A DNA stretch of 24,000 nucleotides from Serratia sp. L9 (GTDB taxonomy: Bacteria; Pseudomonadota; Gammaproteobacteria; Enterobacterales; Enterobacteriaceae). Both the position numbers and the translations under genes were made by a program. The notes under the pieces were generated by a model that saw nothing but the letters and a program-made list of their open reading frames with translations, searched no databases and was not told the DNA's origin. Below, piece after piece: positions 1-10,243 of this stretch. Position 1 is the first letter of the stretch, and each line of letters begins with the position of its first letter. The stretch covers positions 5,525,530 through 5,549,529 of the forward strand of contig NZ_CP192591.1 in assembly GCF_050632285.1 (NCBI RefSeq), in the 5' to 3' direction.

Positions 1-366
1 GGTGACTGCTCATGATGATGGGCAAAGTTTTAGAAGTTTTTTATCCGTTGGCTTTCAGGTGGCAGACTTCGATGCTGTCGCCCAAAAACGCAGGATAAAT
101 GGAGGTTTAGTCCAGCAACGGGGGCTACGATAAACGTTTATAGCGCTGAAAGGCAAGGTGCAGGACGGAATGCAGAGTGATCGACCAGATAATATTTTAT
201 ATCCAGTCGATCATAGTAGTTATCAATAAATATACAATACATGATTTGTATTATTTTTGAGCAGTCATCACACAAAATGTGAAACATAAAGTTACAATAC
301 GCGCGAAATCATCATTGATGCACTGTTAGATGCGTGATTTACGCTCTATTTTTTAGGCTACCAGGA

Positions 367-1305
367 TTAATCCAACCCCAGCAGCGCACGGGTTTTACGC
401 AGCGTTTCTGGCGGTAACGGCAGATAGCCATCATGATTGACCAAATTCTGCCCCTGCTCCGAGAGCACCCGATCCAGGAATGCCTCCGTCAGGGGTTCCA
501 ACGGCTGGTTGGGGGCTTTGTTGATATAGATATACAGATAGCGCGCCAAGGGGTAGCTGCCGTTACGCACGTTGGTCTCGTTAGGTGCAACGTAGCGATC
601 GCCAGACTCTGCCAATGGCAGCAGCCGCACTCCGCTGGCCCGAAAACCAATGCTGGCATAGCCGATACCGTTTAACGAACCGGCCACCGCCTGCACCACC
701 GAAGCCGAACCCGGCAGTTCGTTTACCCGCGCCATAAAATCACCGCCGCATAGGGCGCGCAGTTTGAAATAACCGTAAGTTCCGGAAGCAGAGTTACGGC
801 CAAAGCGCTGCAGGGTGCGCTGCTGCCAACTGCCCTGCAATCCCAGTTCGCCCCAACGGCTAATAGGCGTAATTTCCCCACAACGGCGGGTAGCAGAAAA
901 GATTTGGTCAAGCTGTTGCAGGTTCAGCCCGCTCAGCGGATTGTCCTGATGCACCAACACCACCAGCGCATCCACCGCGACCGGAACGGCCAGCGGGGCG
1001 TAGCCATAGCGATGTTCAAACGCCGAGACTTCCGCCGCCTTCATCGGCCTGCTCATCGGGCCAAGCTGTGCTGCGCCCGCCGCCAATGCAGTGGGTGCCG
1101 TAGAAGAACCGGCAGCCTGAAGCTGCAGATTAACGTTGGGATAATGTTGGCTGAAATCCTGTGCCCACAGCGCCATCAGATTGGCCAACGTGTCTGAACC
1201 CACGCTGGAAAGGTTGCCAGAAAGCATTCCGTCCGGGGTAGCCTGGACAGCGCGGCAGACCAGTAACGTCAGGCAGAGCAACAATGCTTGGGTGAATCGG
1301 GTCAT
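367..1305 (-). CDS. PstS-family periplasmic phosphate-binding protein (orphan paralogue, no pstCAB nearby)
   Basis: 312-aa ORF with signal peptide [22 protein letters not shown]. It has PBP-like motifs typical of PstS-family binders ([26 protein letters not shown]). It starts 14 nt after the phoR stop on the same strand. Confidence 0.85.
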   Translation of the reverse strand: MTRFTQALLLCLTLLVCRAVQATPDGMLSGNLSSVGSDTLANLMALWAQDFSQHYPNVNLQLQAAGSSTAPTALAAGAAQLGPMSRPMKAAEVSAFEHRYGYAPLAVPVAVDALVVLVHQDNPLSGLNLQQLDQIFSATRRCGEITPISRWGELGLQGSWQQRTLQRFGRNSASGTYGYFKLRALCGGDFMARVNELPGSASVVQAVAGSLNGIGYASIGFRASGVRLLPLAESGDRYVAPNETNVRNGSYPLARYLYIYINKAPNQPLEPLTEAFLDRVLSEQGQNLVNHDGYLPLPPETLRKTRALLGLD

Positions 1306-1319
1306 GGCAGGTCTACCTG

Positions 1320-2636
1320 TTAATTTTTCACCGCATTCTCTGATAAAGCAGCGGGAACAATCAACCGGTTAGGCAAGGTAAAGATAAAACGGGTACCGAT
1401 ACCAGGTTCGCTCAGGATTTCCAACCGCGAATCATGATGGCTAAGCGCATGCTTGACGATGGCCAATCCCAGCCCGCTGCCGCCGGTCTGGCGCGAACGG
1501 GCTTTATCCACACGGTAGAAACGTTCGGTAAGGCGCGGAATATGCTCGGCGGCGATCCCCGGTCCGTTATCACTCACCTGGAACTGCGCCCCCTGCGGCG
1601 TCTGCTGCCAGCTCACCTCAATGTGGGTACCTTTTGGCGTGTGGTTGACCGCGTTATACACCAGGTTGGACACTGCACTGCGCAGTTGATCCTCGTTACC
1701 AAACACCTTCAGGTTTTCATTTACCCGGAAGCTGATCTCATGGCAGCCGTTGCTGAGCGATTGCGCCTCCGGCTGCAACACCCGCAGCATCAGCGGAATA
1801 TCGACCTTCTCGTTCATATCTATATTCGGCGCGGCTTCAATACGCGACAGCGTCAGTAACTGTTTTACCAACCCATCCATACGTTTGGTCTGTTCCTGCA
1901 TGGTGCCCAGCGCTTTACCGCGTAACGAACCGTCCAACTCCTGGTCGCTCATCATCTCCAGATAACCCTGCAATACGGTTAACGGTGTGCGCAGCTCATG
2001 GCTGACGTTGGCAAAGAAGTTGCGCCTGGCCCCTTCCAACTGGCGCATCTGGGTGACGTCACGGGCCACCATCAGCAGTTGCCCTTCGGAGTAGGGCATA
2101 ATGCGGAACTCCACAAAGTGTTCATTATTCAGTTGCAGCGTTAACGGCCGGCTGAACTCTTGCTGTTGCAGATATTGGCTGAACTCCGGGTAACGCAGCA
2201 GGTTGAGAATGTGTTGGCCGTTATCTTCCGGCCAGCGGAAACCCAGCAGATGCTGCGCCAAACCGTTACACCAGAAAATATTGCCCTCAATGGTGGTCAT
2301 CACCACCGCATCCGGCAGGGATTCGGCACCGCTGCGAAAGCGCTTGATCAGCAGCGCCAATTCGCGGCGGCGGCGGCGGTTACGCTGCTGCATCTGATAC
2401 AGACCGTAGAACAGAGGCTCCCAGCTCCAACGCCCAGGCGGCGGCGTCATGCTGCGATCCACCCACAGCCAGTGGGAAAGTTTGAGTTGGTTATAAAAAT
2501 TCCAGGCCAGTGCAGCCAGCACCGAAATCAACAGCAACCAGGGTAGATAACCGAAAATCAGCCCCAGCAATAAGGCGGGCAAGCAAAAAAGGGCCAGCTC
2601 CAGCGCCAGCCTCTTCAAGGATAAACGTTCTAGCAC
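1320..2636 (-). CDS. phoR: Phosphate regulon sensor histidine kinase PhoR
   Basis: Collinear with E. coli PhoR from (V)LERLSLKRL through [18 protein letters not shown], the H-box [21 protein letters not shown] and the ATP-binding [35 protein letters not shown] chose the GTG at 2636 preceded by GGAGAA over the TTG at 2660 in the ORF track. That gives 438 aa. Confidence 0.96.
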   Translation of the reverse strand: MLERLSLKRLALELALFCLPALLLGLIFGYLPWLLLISVLAALAWNFYNQLKLSHWLWVDRSMTPPPGRWSWEPLFYGLYQMQQRNRRRRRELALLIKRFRSGAESLPDAVVMTTIEGNIFWCNGLAQHLLGFRWPEDNGQHILNLLRYPEFSQYLQQQEFSRPLTLQLNNEHFVEFRIMPYSEGQLLMVARDVTQMRQLEGARRNFFANVSHELRTPLTVLQGYLEMMSDQELDGSLRGKALGTMQEQTKRMDGLVKQLLTLSRIEAAPNIDMNEKVDIPLMLRVLQPEAQSLSNGCHEISFRVNENLKVFGNEDQLRSAVSNLVYNAVNHTPKGTHIEVSWQQTPQGAQFQVSDNGPGIAAEHIPRLTERFYRVDKARSRQTGGSGLGLAIVKHALSHHDSRLEILSEPGIGTRFIFTLPNRLIVPAALSENAVKN

Positions 2637-2660
2637 GGTAACTTCTCCAGCGCAGTGCAA

Positions 2661-3350
2661 TCAGTAGCGCGTTGAGAACCGATAGCCGGTACCGCGAACG
2701 GTTTGAACCATTTTGTCATGACCAGTGGTCTCCAGCGCCTTACGCAGCCGGCGTATATGCACATCAACAGTGCGGTCTTCCACATAAACGTTCGTGCCCC
2801 AAACATGATTAAGCAACTGCTCACGGCTGTAAACACGCTCAGGATGGGTCATAAAGAAGTGCAACAGTTTGAACTCGGTCGGCCCCATCTCCAGCGCCTG
2901 TTCATTAACCATTACCCGATGCGAGGAAGGATCCAGGCTTAGCCCCTGCATTTCAATCACTTCTTCCACCGCCATCGGCGAAATACGGCGCATCACGGCC
3001 TTGATACGAGCCACCAGTTCCTTGGGTGAGAAAGGTTTGGTGATATAATCATCCGCCCCGACTTCCAGGCCACGTACCCGATCTTCTTCTTCACCGCGAG
3101 CGGTCAGCATCATCACCGGGATATCCCGGGTCATCGCCTCACGCTTCATATGCTTGATAAACTGGATCCCGGTACCGCCAGGTAACATCCAGTCCAGTAA
3201 CACCAAATCAGGGAACGGCTCAGACAGGCGCGTTACGGCACTGTCATAATCCTCGGCTTCCAACGGTTGGTAACCATTCTGCTCCAACACAAAGCACACC
3301 ATCTCACGGATCGGCGCTTCGTCTTCCACCACCAGTATGCGTCTTGCCAT
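2661..3350 (-). CDS. phoB: Phosphate regulon response regulator PhoB
   Basis: [26 protein letters not shown]... is nearly identical to E. coli PhoB along its whole length, at 229 aa. The true start is the ATG at 3350, not the upstream ATG at 3365. The stop abuts the phoR start region. Confidence 0.98.
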   Translation of the reverse strand: MARRILVVEDEAPIREMVCFVLEQNGYQPLEAEDYDSAVTRLSEPFPDLVLLDWMLPGGTGIQFIKHMKREAMTRDIPVMMLTARGEEEDRVRGLEVGADDYITKPFSPKELVARIKAVMRRISPMAVEEVIEMQGLSLDPSSHRVMVNEQALEMGPTEFKLLHFFMTHPERVYSREQLLNHVWGTNVYVEDRTVDVHIRRLRKALETTGHDKMVQTVRGTGYRFSTRY

Positions 3351-3388
3351 CGTCAATCCTGCCAATGTGTAAGCTATCTGCGGTCGCC

Positions 3389-3422
3389 ATTATGCGTCAG
3401 TTTTGTGACACTTTTATGAAAA
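3389..3422 (-). promoter_or_regulatory. phoB promoter: Pho box plus -10
   Basis: The minus strand reads TTTTCAT-AAAA-GTGTCAC (3422..3405), then a 10-nt spacer AAAACTGACG, then CATAAT (3394..3389). This matches the E. coli phoB Pho box region TTTTCATAAATCTGTCATAAATCTGACGCATAATG almost base for base. Confidence 0.8.
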
Positions 3423-3531
3423 AAGTCCCCCTAAGCATAGCGATAATTTCAGTCGCCAAAGAAAAATCATCATGCTTAGGTTAGGATAAGGCCTGTTTAC
3501 GCCCTTATTACCCTGTTAGCCAGGAAGACCT

Positions 3532-4760
3532 ATGCGCCTGATCCATACCTCTGACTGGCATTTGGGCCAGTACTTTTTCACTAAAAGCCGCGCCGCCGAA
3601 CATCAGGCCTTTTTACGCTGGCTGACTGAGCAGGTGGAACAGCATCAGGTGGACGCGCTGATTGTCGCAGGCGATCTGTTTGATACCGGTTCGCCACCCA
3701 GCTATGCCCGCGAGCTGTACAACCGTTTTATCGTGGAACTGCAACGCACCGGCTGCCAATTGGTGGTGCTGGGTGGCAACCACGACTCCGTGGCTACGCT
3801 GAATGAATCGCGTGAGCTGCTTTCATGCCTGAATACTACCGTGATTGCCAACGCGCAAACCGAGCTTGAGCAGCAAATTCTGGTGTTGAACCAGCGTGAT
3901 GGCCAGCCGGGTGCCGTACTTTGCGCCATCCCCTTCCTGCGTCCACGGGACTTACTTACCAGCCGCGCCGGGGATTCCGGCAGTCAGAAACAGCAGGCAT
4001 TGCAAGAAGCCATCGCCGGGCATTATCACCGTCTGTATCAGGCGGCCTGTGAACACCGCGATTCGCTGGGCCTGCCACTGCCCATTGTGGCGACCGGGCA
4101 TCTGACCACCGTGGGCGTGACCACTTCCGACTCGGTGCGCGATATTTATATCGGCACGCTGGATGCTTTCCCGGCACAGGCCTTCCCCCTGCCGACTACA
4201 TCGCATTAGGCCATATTCATCGCGCACAGAACGTCGCCAAGTCTGAACATATCCGCTACAGCGGTTCCCCAATCCCGCTGAGTTTTGATGAACTGGGCAA
4301 GGCGAAGAGCGTGTTTATGGTCGACTTTTCCGCCGGTGCCTTGCAGCAGATCACTGCGCTGGAGATCCCCACTTTCCAACCGATGCAGTTGATCAAAGGC
4401 GACTTGCAGCAAATCGAGGCCCAACTGCGGCAGTTTGCCGATTATCAGGGAGAATTGCCGGTTTGGCTGGATATCGAAGTGGCCACCCAGGATTACCTCA
4501 GCGATATTCAACGCCGGATCCAACAGTTGGCGGAAGATCTGCCGGTTGACGTGGTGCTGTTACGGCGCAGTAAAGAGCAGCGCCAACAGACCATCGCCCA
4601 GCAGGATAAAGAAACCTTGAATGAGTTAAGCGTGGGCGAAGTGTTTGAGCGGCGCTTGGCGCTGGAAGGGGAAATGGCCGAACCGCGCCAGCAACGAATG
4701 CGGCAGATGTTCCAGCAGGTAGTGGAAACCCTGCATCAACCAGAGGAGCCATCGGCATGA
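3532..4760 (+). pseudogene. sbcD: SbcD (Mre11-like nuclease subunit of SbcCD), frameshifted as sequenced by -1 in a C5 run
   Basis: The N-terminal part 3532..4209 (MRLIHTSDWHLGQ.., GDLFD, GNHD) matches E. coli SbcD up to LDAFPAQ.FP. After the C5 run at 4185-4189 the +1 frame continues PADYIALGHIHRAQ...GSPIPLSFDE and joins ORF 4311..4760. 1229 nt plus 1 makes 410 codons. The stop overlaps the sbcC ATG (ATGA). Confidence 0.9.
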
Positions 4761-7700
4761 AGATCCTGAGCCTAAGGCTGAAAAACCTGAACTCGCTGCA
4801 GGGCGAGTGGAAAATTGACTTCCAGGCCGAACCCTTTGCCAGCAACGGCCTGTTTGCTATCACCGGGCCGACCGGTGCGGGCAAAACCACCCTGCTGGAC
4901 GCCATCTGCCTGGCGTTGTATCACCAGACGCCGCGCCTGGAGATCAGTGCCAGCCAGAACGAACTGATGACACGCCACACCGCCGAATCGCTGGCTGAAG
5001 TGGAGTTTGAGGTAAAAGGCGTTGGTTATCGTGCTTTCTGGAGCCAGCGCCGGGCAAAAAACGATCCGGACGGTAACCTGCAGGCTCCCAAGGTCGAACT
5101 GGCGCTGCGGGAAGATGGCAAAATTCTGGCCGACAAGATCTCCGACAAAAAGGATCTGATCGCTTCGATTACCGGCCTGGATTTCAGCCGCTTCACCAAA
5201 TCGATGATGCTGTCACAGGGGCAATTCGCCGCTTTTCTCAACGCCAAACCCAACGAACGTGCCGAACTGTTGGAAGAACTGACTGGTACCGAGATCTACG
5301 GCCATCTTTCGGCGCAGGTCTTTGAGCAGCACAAGCAGGCGAAAACCGACCTGGAGGCCTTGCATCACCGCGCCAGCGGCATCGAACTGCTCAATGATGA
5401 ACAGCGCCAGACGCTGGAACTGCAACTCAGCCAGCTCGGCGCCCAAGAGCAGCAACTCAGCCAGCAGGCACAACAGCAGCAACATCAATTGAGCTGGTTG
5501 CAGCAGTGGCAAACCAACCAGCGGCAGATCCAGGACTATCAGCAACAGTTGGCCAGCGTACAGCAAGATTATCAGTTGGCCGAGCCGCAGTTGCAGCAGT
5601 TGGCACGCAGTGAGCCTGCGGAAAAACTGCGTCCGCTGCTGAATGAGCGCAATCGTTGCCAACAAGACCATCTGGCTTTGCAACAGCAGACCGAACTGCT
5701 GGGGCAACAGCAACAACGGCAACGGGCGGAACTGGCCCCGTTGCAACAGCAGTTGGAACAGGCGCAAAAGGCCAGGCTGGCTCAGGCAGAATTCCAACAG
5801 CGGCAGCAAACGCTGATTGATGAAAAAGTCCTGCCGCTAGATAACCAGATGGCCCAGTTGAAAAACCAGTTGGCAGAGGCACAGAAACAGCGCGACACCA
5901 GCCTGCGGCAAAGCGAAGAGCAACGACGCACCCTGGAGCAACTGGCAGAAAGGCGCACCCAGCTAGCCACCCTGGCGGGGCAATATCAGGCCAAGCAGGC
6001 AGAGCTGGCCACGGTGCTGGCCAGCCAGTTACAGCAGCAAGCCACGCAAGAAGCCCAAACCCCGTTTGAAAAACTGCGTGACCGGCAGGCTGAACTGGGC
6101 AGGCTGCGCCCGGTGCGCCTGCAACTGTCCAATCTGGCGTTACTGTCCCAGCAAAATCAGCAACGCCTTGAACAGCAAAGGGTGGAGTTCGCTACGCGGC
6201 AAAAGCAGTTGACGGAAGTTGAAAGCCAGCTCGACGCAGTCCGCCATCAGTACAAACAACAAAAGGCACATTTGCAGGACGTCGAGAAAGCTCTCGATTT
6301 GGCAAAGCGCATCGTCAGCCTGGAGGCCGAACGGGCCCGGCTGCAAACGGGCGCCCCCTGCCCGCTGTGCGGTTCAACCGACCATCCCGCAATTGAACAG
6401 TATCAGGCGCTGAAACCCTCAGAAACCGAGCAGCGTGCGGCCCAATTGCGCACCAAGACCGAAGAGTTGCATGCCCAGGGTATCGAACTTCGGGCCCGTA
6501 GCGAAAGCCTTAAAGAGCAGCAACTACGGCTGCAAACTGCGCTGAGCCAAGAGCAGGAACAGCAGGAACGGCATCGGCAAAGCTGGCAAACGCTCAGCGC
6601 ACCGCTGAACTTGGATTTTACGCTGCAAGACCACGCCCGATTAACGGCCTGGCTGGAGGCTTGCGATAGCGAAGAACGGGCAGGACAGCAGCAACTGCAG
6701 GAACACGAACGGCTTGCCCGTGCCGTTCAGCAGGCCAAAGACGCTTTGCATACGCTGCAGAATGAACAGATTGGCTCTCAACAAGAAATGGCACTCCTTA
6801 ATGAACGTTTTGAGTTATTGCAGAAAAATCAGGCCGAAGCCCAGCACCAATGGGCGCAATGGCAACTGCAGTGCCAGACAAGTGAAAACAAACTGACCGA
6901 ACTGCAAGCCGAGCGTATTGCGCTATTGGGCGAACAACCCGTCGCACAAGTGCGCGAACAGCTGCGCGCGGCGCAGATCGCAGTGGAAACCGCCTTGCAG
7001 CAGGCCACAGAACACCTGCAAAGAGCGCAAGAACAACGCGATCGGCTGGCGGGCCAGTGGGTAGCCTTGCAACAACAGCAACAACAGCAAAGCGAACGGT
7101 TGCGACTGGCCGAACAACAATGGCAGCAGGCCCTGGCCTGTAGCACCTTTGCAGACGAAGCTACGCTGCTCAATGCGTTACTCGCTGACGATGTGCGCCA
7201 GCAACTGCAGCAGCACAAAGAGCAGTTGCAACAGCGGCAGGTGCAGGCCAGCGCGCTGTTGGCGCAGGCATTACAGACGCAGGAACAACATCGTCTTAGC
7301 CGCCCTGCCGGTCTGGATGAGGCGTCCGCCAATGCCGATCAACTCACCGCCGCCCTCCAGGCGTTGGCAGAACGGTTGAAAACGCTGCAACTGCGCCAGG
7401 GAGAAGTCCGTAATCAGTTGAGTAGCGATGCCGAGCGCCGCCTTAATCAGCAAACCCTGTTTGAACAGATTGCCCAAAGCCAGCAACAGTATGATGACTG
7501 GAGCCTGCTCAATCAGTTGATCGGCTCCAAAGAGGGCGACAAGTTCCGTAAATTCGCCCAGGGCTTAACGCTTGATCATCTGGTGTATCTGGCCAACAAC
7601 CAACTTGGCCGGTTGCATGGCCGTTATCTGCTGCAACGTAAAACCAGTGATGCGCTGGAGCTGCAGGTGGTGGATACCTGGCAGGCCGATGCCCTGCGTG

Positions 7701-8008
7701 ATACCCGCACCCTCTCCGGCGGCGAGAGTTTCCTGGTCAGCCTGGCGTTAGCGCTGGCGCTGTCAGACCTGGTCAGCCACAAGACCAGTATCGATTCGCT
7801 GTTCCTGGACGAAGGTTTCGGCACCCTGGACGCAGAGACGCTGGATACCGCCCTGGATGCTCTGGACAGCCTTAACGCCACCGGCAAAACCATCGGCGTG
7901 ATCAGCCACGTTGAGGCGATGAAGGAGCGTATCCCGGTGCAAATTAAAGTGAAAAAGGTCAATGGATTGGGGGTCAGCCGATTGGACTCCCAGTTTCGTA
8001 TCGAATAA
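4757..8008 (+). CDS. sbcC: SbcC (Rad50-like ATPase subunit of the SbcCD hairpin nuclease)
   Basis: 1083 aa with Walker [10 protein letters not shown], a very long Q/L/E-rich coiled coil, the zinc hook CPLCGS (TGC at 6359 and 6368), the signature [18 protein letters not shown] and Walker [12 protein letters not shown]. It is translationally coupled to sbcD. Confidence 0.97.
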   Translation: MKILSLRLKNLNSLQGEWKIDFQAEPFASNGLFAITGPTGAGKTTLLDAICLALYHQTPRLEISASQNELMTRHTAESLAEVEFEVKGVGYRAFWSQRRAKNDPDGNLQAPKVELALREDGKILADKISDKKDLIASITGLDFSRFTKSMMLSQGQFAAFLNAKPNERAELLEELTGTEIYGHLSAQVFEQHKQAKTDLEALHHRASGIELLNDEQRQTLELQLSQLGAQEQQLSQQAQQQQHQLSWLQQWQTNQRQIQDYQQQLASVQQDYQLAEPQLQQLARSEPAEKLRPLLNERNRCQQDHLALQQQTELLGQQQQRQRAELAPLQQQLEQAQKARLAQAEFQQRQQTLIDEKVLPLDNQMAQLKNQLAEAQKQRDTSLRQSEEQRRTLEQLAERRTQLATLAGQYQAKQAELATVLASQLQQQATQEAQTPFEKLRDRQAELGRLRPVRLQLSNLALLSQQNQQRLEQQRVEFATRQKQLTEVESQLDAVRHQYKQQKAHLQDVEKALDLAKRIVSLEAERARLQTGAPCPLCGSTDHPAIEQYQALKPSETEQRAAQLRTKTEELHAQGIELRARSESLKEQQLRLQTALSQEQEQQERHRQSWQTLSAPLNLDFTLQDHARLTAWLEACDSEERAGQQQLQEHERLARAVQQAKDALHTLQNEQIGSQQEMALLNERFELLQKNQAEAQHQWAQWQLQCQTSENKLTELQAERIALLGEQPVAQVREQLRAAQIAVETALQQATEHLQRAQEQRDRLAGQWVALQQQQQQQSERLRLAEQQWQQALACSTFADEATLLNALLADDVRQQLQQHKEQLQQRQVQASALLAQALQTQEQHRLSRPAGLDEASANADQLTAALQALAERLKTLQLRQGEVRNQLSSDAERRLNQQTLFEQIAQSQQQYDDWSLLNQLIGSKEGDKFRKFAQGLTLDHLVYLANNQLGRLHGRYLLQRKTSDALELQVVDTWQADALRDTRTLSGGESFLVSLALALALSDLVSHKTSIDSLFLDEGFGTLDAETLDTALDALDSLNATGKTIGVISHVEAMKERIPVQIKVKKVNGLGVSRLDSQFRIE

Positions 8009-8046
8009 TCACCCCTCTGGCACCGATGTGTGCCAGGGTGATTTTT
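8009..8046 (+). terminator. Rho-independent terminator of sbcDC
   Basis: TCACCC(CTC)TGGCAC pairs with GTGCCAGGGTGA to give 12 bp with a 3-nt bulge and a 6-nt loop. TTTTT follows, immediately after the sbcC stop. Confidence 0.6.
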
Positions 8047-8101
8047 GCTGGCCAAACCGGACCAGAAGTGTGATCGCGGTTTCAGTACGCGGTGAAAAGC
8101 T

Positions 8102-8129
8102 TTGAGCAACCGGCAGCAAAGGTTATCAT
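8102..8129 (+). promoter_or_regulatory. Candidate sigma70 promoter of the antiterminator leader
   Basis: TTGAGC (8102-8107), a 16-nt spacer, then TATCAT (8124-8129). This places a transcription start a few nt before the RAT element. Confidence 0.4.
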
Positions 8130-8142
8130 GCGATCAATTACA

Positions 8143-8175
8143 GGATTGTCACTGTGAATACAGGCAAAACCTGAC
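8143..8175 (+). promoter_or_regulatory. RAT (ribonucleic antiterminator) target of BglG/SacY-family proteins
   Basis: GGATTGTCACTGTGAATACAGGCAAAACCTGAC fits the RAT pattern GGATTGTNACTG-N5/6-CAGGCAAAACCT known from E. coli bgl and B. subtilis sac/lic leaders. Its 3' end overlaps the left arm of the following terminator. Confidence 0.8.
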
Positions 8176-8207
8176 CTTTGGGATCGCTCCCGAACGTCGG
8201 GTTTTTT
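8170..8207 (+). terminator. Leader terminator overlapping the RAT (conditional attenuator)
   Basis: CCTGACCTTTGGGA / TCCCGAACGTCGGG forms about a 13-bp stem with one mismatch, G-U pairs and loop TCGC, followed by TTTTTT (8202-8207). It ends 25 nt before the antiterminator start codon. Confidence 0.7.
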
Positions 8208-8232
8208 CGTTTTCAGCAGGCCGGGAATAGCC

Positions 8233-9090
8233 ATGAAAATCGCTAAGATACTCAATAATAACGTAGTGATTACGCTCAACGACCATCAGGAAGAAACGGT
8301 AGTCATGGGGCGTGGCATTGGCTTTAAAAAGAAAGCCGGGGATAGCGTGGATGAAAGCCTGATCGAAAAGGTATTCACCCTCAATAGCGGCGAAATGAGC
8401 GAGCGCTATAAAGAATTGCTGGCGGAGATCCCGCTGGCCTGCATTACCACCGCAGACAAGATAATCACCCTCGCCCGTGAGCGTCTGCCGGGGAAACTGC
8501 ACAATATCGTCTACATCACCCTGACCGATCATATCCACTTTGCCTTGCAACGCCACGCGCAGGGCCTGGACATCACAAACGTGCTGCTGTGGGAAATCAA
8601 AAAACTCTATCCTAACGAGTTTGCTGTGGGAATGGAGGCGTTGACTCTCATTGCTCAGCGGTTGAAAACCACCTTGCCGGAAGACGAAGCCGGGTTTATT
8701 GCGTTACATCTGGTCAACGCCCAACTGAATGACGAAATGCACAATACCCTGCATATCACCCGCGTGATGCAGGAGATCCTCAATATCGTCAAATACCATT
8801 TCCGCTTTGACTACAACGAAGAAACCCTCAGCTACCACCGCTTCGTCACTCACTTGAAATTCTTTGCCCAGCGGCTGCTGGGCAAGAACTACGTCAATAG
8901 CGATGACGACTCGCTGTACCAGGTTGTGAAGGACAAATACCGCGAGTCCTTTGCCTGCGCCGGTAAGATCAATCAACATATCGCCAAACATTATCAGCAT
9001 CAGTTGACCTGCGAGGAGATGATGTTTCTGACCATCCATATCGAGCGGGTGCGTAGTGAAAGCGAGGGGAACTACCAGCCAAAGGACTGA
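8233..9090 (+). CDS. BglG/LicT/SacY-family PRD-containing transcriptional antiterminator
   Basis: 285 aa. The N-terminal CAT RNA-binding domain is MKIAKILNNNVVITLNDHQEETVVMGRGIGFKKK. Two PRDs carry the four conserved histidine contexts (LTDHIHFA, ALHLVNAQ, RFVTHLKFF, LTIHIERV). Confidence 0.9.
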   Translation: MKIAKILNNNVVITLNDHQEETVVMGRGIGFKKKAGDSVDESLIEKVFTLNSGEMSERYKELLAEIPLACITTADKIITLARERLPGKLHNIVYITLTDHIHFALQRHAQGLDITNVLLWEIKKLYPNEFAVGMEALTLIAQRLKTTLPEDEAGFIALHLVNAQLNDEMHNTLHITRVMQEILNIVKYHFRFDYNEETLSYHRFVTHLKFFAQRLLGKNYVNSDDDSLYQVVKDKYRESFACAGKINQHIAKHYQHQLTCEEMMFLTIHIERVRSESEGNYQPKD

Positions 9091-9120
9091 AACGCCGCCC
9101 TTTGGCTTGGCTAACCGGGA

Positions 9121-10029
9121 TTACAATTGTGGCCACAGCCAGGCGGCGCCGCGTACACCGCTGGAATCGCCATGCACCGCCTTGCGCACCGGGGTTTCAC
9201 ATTCCCCACCAAAGACCCAGGGTTTCACCAACTGCGGCACCGTCTGATACAGCCGCTCGACGTTACTCATACCGCCGCCAAGCACGATCACATCCGGGTC
9301 AAAGATATTGATGACATGCGCCAGGGATTTTGCCAACCGTAACTCGTAACGCTGGATAGCCAGCTCCGCGAACCGGTCTTGCTGTGCGACCAACGCCATG
9401 ATCTCATCACCTTTCAGCGCGTTACCGCTCAGCCGCGCATAGTCGGTTGCAAAACCGGTGCCGGAGATAAAGGTTTCAATACAACCCTGCTTGCCGCAGT
9501 AGCAAGGCACTTCGGCACGAAAACGCAGTTCATCATCGTCCAGCCACGGCAGCGGGTTGTGGCCCCACTCGCCGGAAATGCCGTTGCCTCCGGCATGGGC
9601 CTGGCCGTTAATCGCCACCCCGGCACCGCACCCGGTACCAATGATCACAGCAAACACGGTTTGCTTGCCTGCGGCAGCCCCATCGGTGGCTTCCGATACC
9701 GCCAGGCAGTTGGCATCGTTAGCCAGCCGCACTTCGCGCTCCAGCATGGCGGAAAGATCTTTATCCAGCGGTTGGCCATTCAGCCAGGTGGAGTTGGCGT
9801 TTTTCACCAGGCCGGTATAGGGCGACAGCGTCCCCGGGATCCCCACGCCCACCGAGCCCTGCTGGCCGGTTTTCTCCTCTGCCAACCTCACCAGACCGGT
9901 GATGGCCTGCAACGTCTGCTGATAATCATGACGAGGTGTTGCAATACGGTGGCGAAACAGCTCTTGCCCGTCGTTGGCTAACGCGATCACTTCAATTTTA
10001 GTGCCACCCAGATCGATACCAATACGCAT
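9121..10029 (-). CDS. mak: Fructokinase / manno(fructo)kinase Mak (ROK family)
   Basis: [17 protein letters not shown]... through ...[17 protein letters not shown] is collinear with E. coli Mak at 302 aa. It includes the zinc motif [10 protein letters not shown]. The start at 10029 follows GAGGAGAATAATC. Confidence 0.93.
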   Translation of the reverse strand: MRIGIDLGGTKIEVIALANDGQELFRHRIATPRHDYQQTLQAITGLVRLAEEKTGQQGSVGVGIPGTLSPYTGLVKNANSTWLNGQPLDKDLSAMLEREVRLANDANCLAVSEATDGAAAGKQTVFAVIIGTGCGAGVAINGQAHAGGNGISGEWGHNPLPWLDDDELRFRAEVPCYCGKQGCIETFISGTGFATDYARLSGNALKGDEIMALVAQQDRFAELAIQRYELRLAKSLAHVINIFDPDVIVLGGGMSNVERLYQTVPQLVKPWVFGGECETPVRKAVHGDSSGVRGAAWLWPQL

Positions 10030-10243
10030 GATTATTCTCCTCAACACACCACGACAACCCGCTCAGCGCCTAATATAACCCACGGCACGGATCCCGCCAT
10101 TCTCACCGAGTGTGACGGTGTTGGCAATTTCCACATCTGATGAACAAAACGCGGCAACTGACGCAAATCAGAGGGAATGAGGCGATTTTTCAGCGTCAAT
10201 TCGTTATTATGCCGCCCTGCTTTTGATGAATCAGCGTGCAAAA

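Noticed and set aside
1-13. Possible gene start on the minus strand at the left edge (ATGAGCAGTCACC, MSSH..), and a possible plus-strand start near 23949 (MLFRVARWLFQLPGKVF..) at the right edge
   Set aside because: There is too little sequence (4 and 17 codons) to support a call. Near 23949-23969 two alternative ATGs in different frames cannot be distinguished.
178-213. 8-bp inverted repeat TGATCGAC / GTCGATCA, each arm containing a GATC site, flanking an AT-rich loop downstream of the PstS-like gene
   Set aside because: The stem is short, there is no U-tract and no adjacent gene context inside the window. It could be chance or part of a promoter for the gene beyond the left edge.
5213-7332. 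Long minus-strand ORFs inside sbcC (5213..5809 198 aa, 5457..5882 141 aa, 6829..7332 167 aa, and others)
   Set aside because: They are antisense to a well-supported gene. They have extreme low-complexity composition (L/Q-, A/P- or C/S-rich) that simply mirrors the CAG/CAA/CTG-rich coiled-coil coding DNA. None has a ribosome-binding site or recognisable domain.
9118-9150. Second RAT-like sequence (GGATTACAATTGTGGCCACAGCCAGGCGGCGCC) just after the antiterminator gene
   Set aside because: It matches about 16 of 24 positions of the upstream RAT. However, most of it is the conserved mak C-terminal coding sequence (AAWLWPQL*) on the other strand. It lacks the CAGGCAAAACC half and has no overlapping terminator.
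9379-9981. 200-aa plus-strand ORF antisense to mak, and similarly 22931..23479 (182 aa) antisense to deoR and 21825..22322 (165 aa) antisense to LysR
   Set aside because: All lie entirely within, and antisense to, genes with strong homology support. They have the R/G/P/A-rich composition typical of antisense frames in GC-rich coding DNA.
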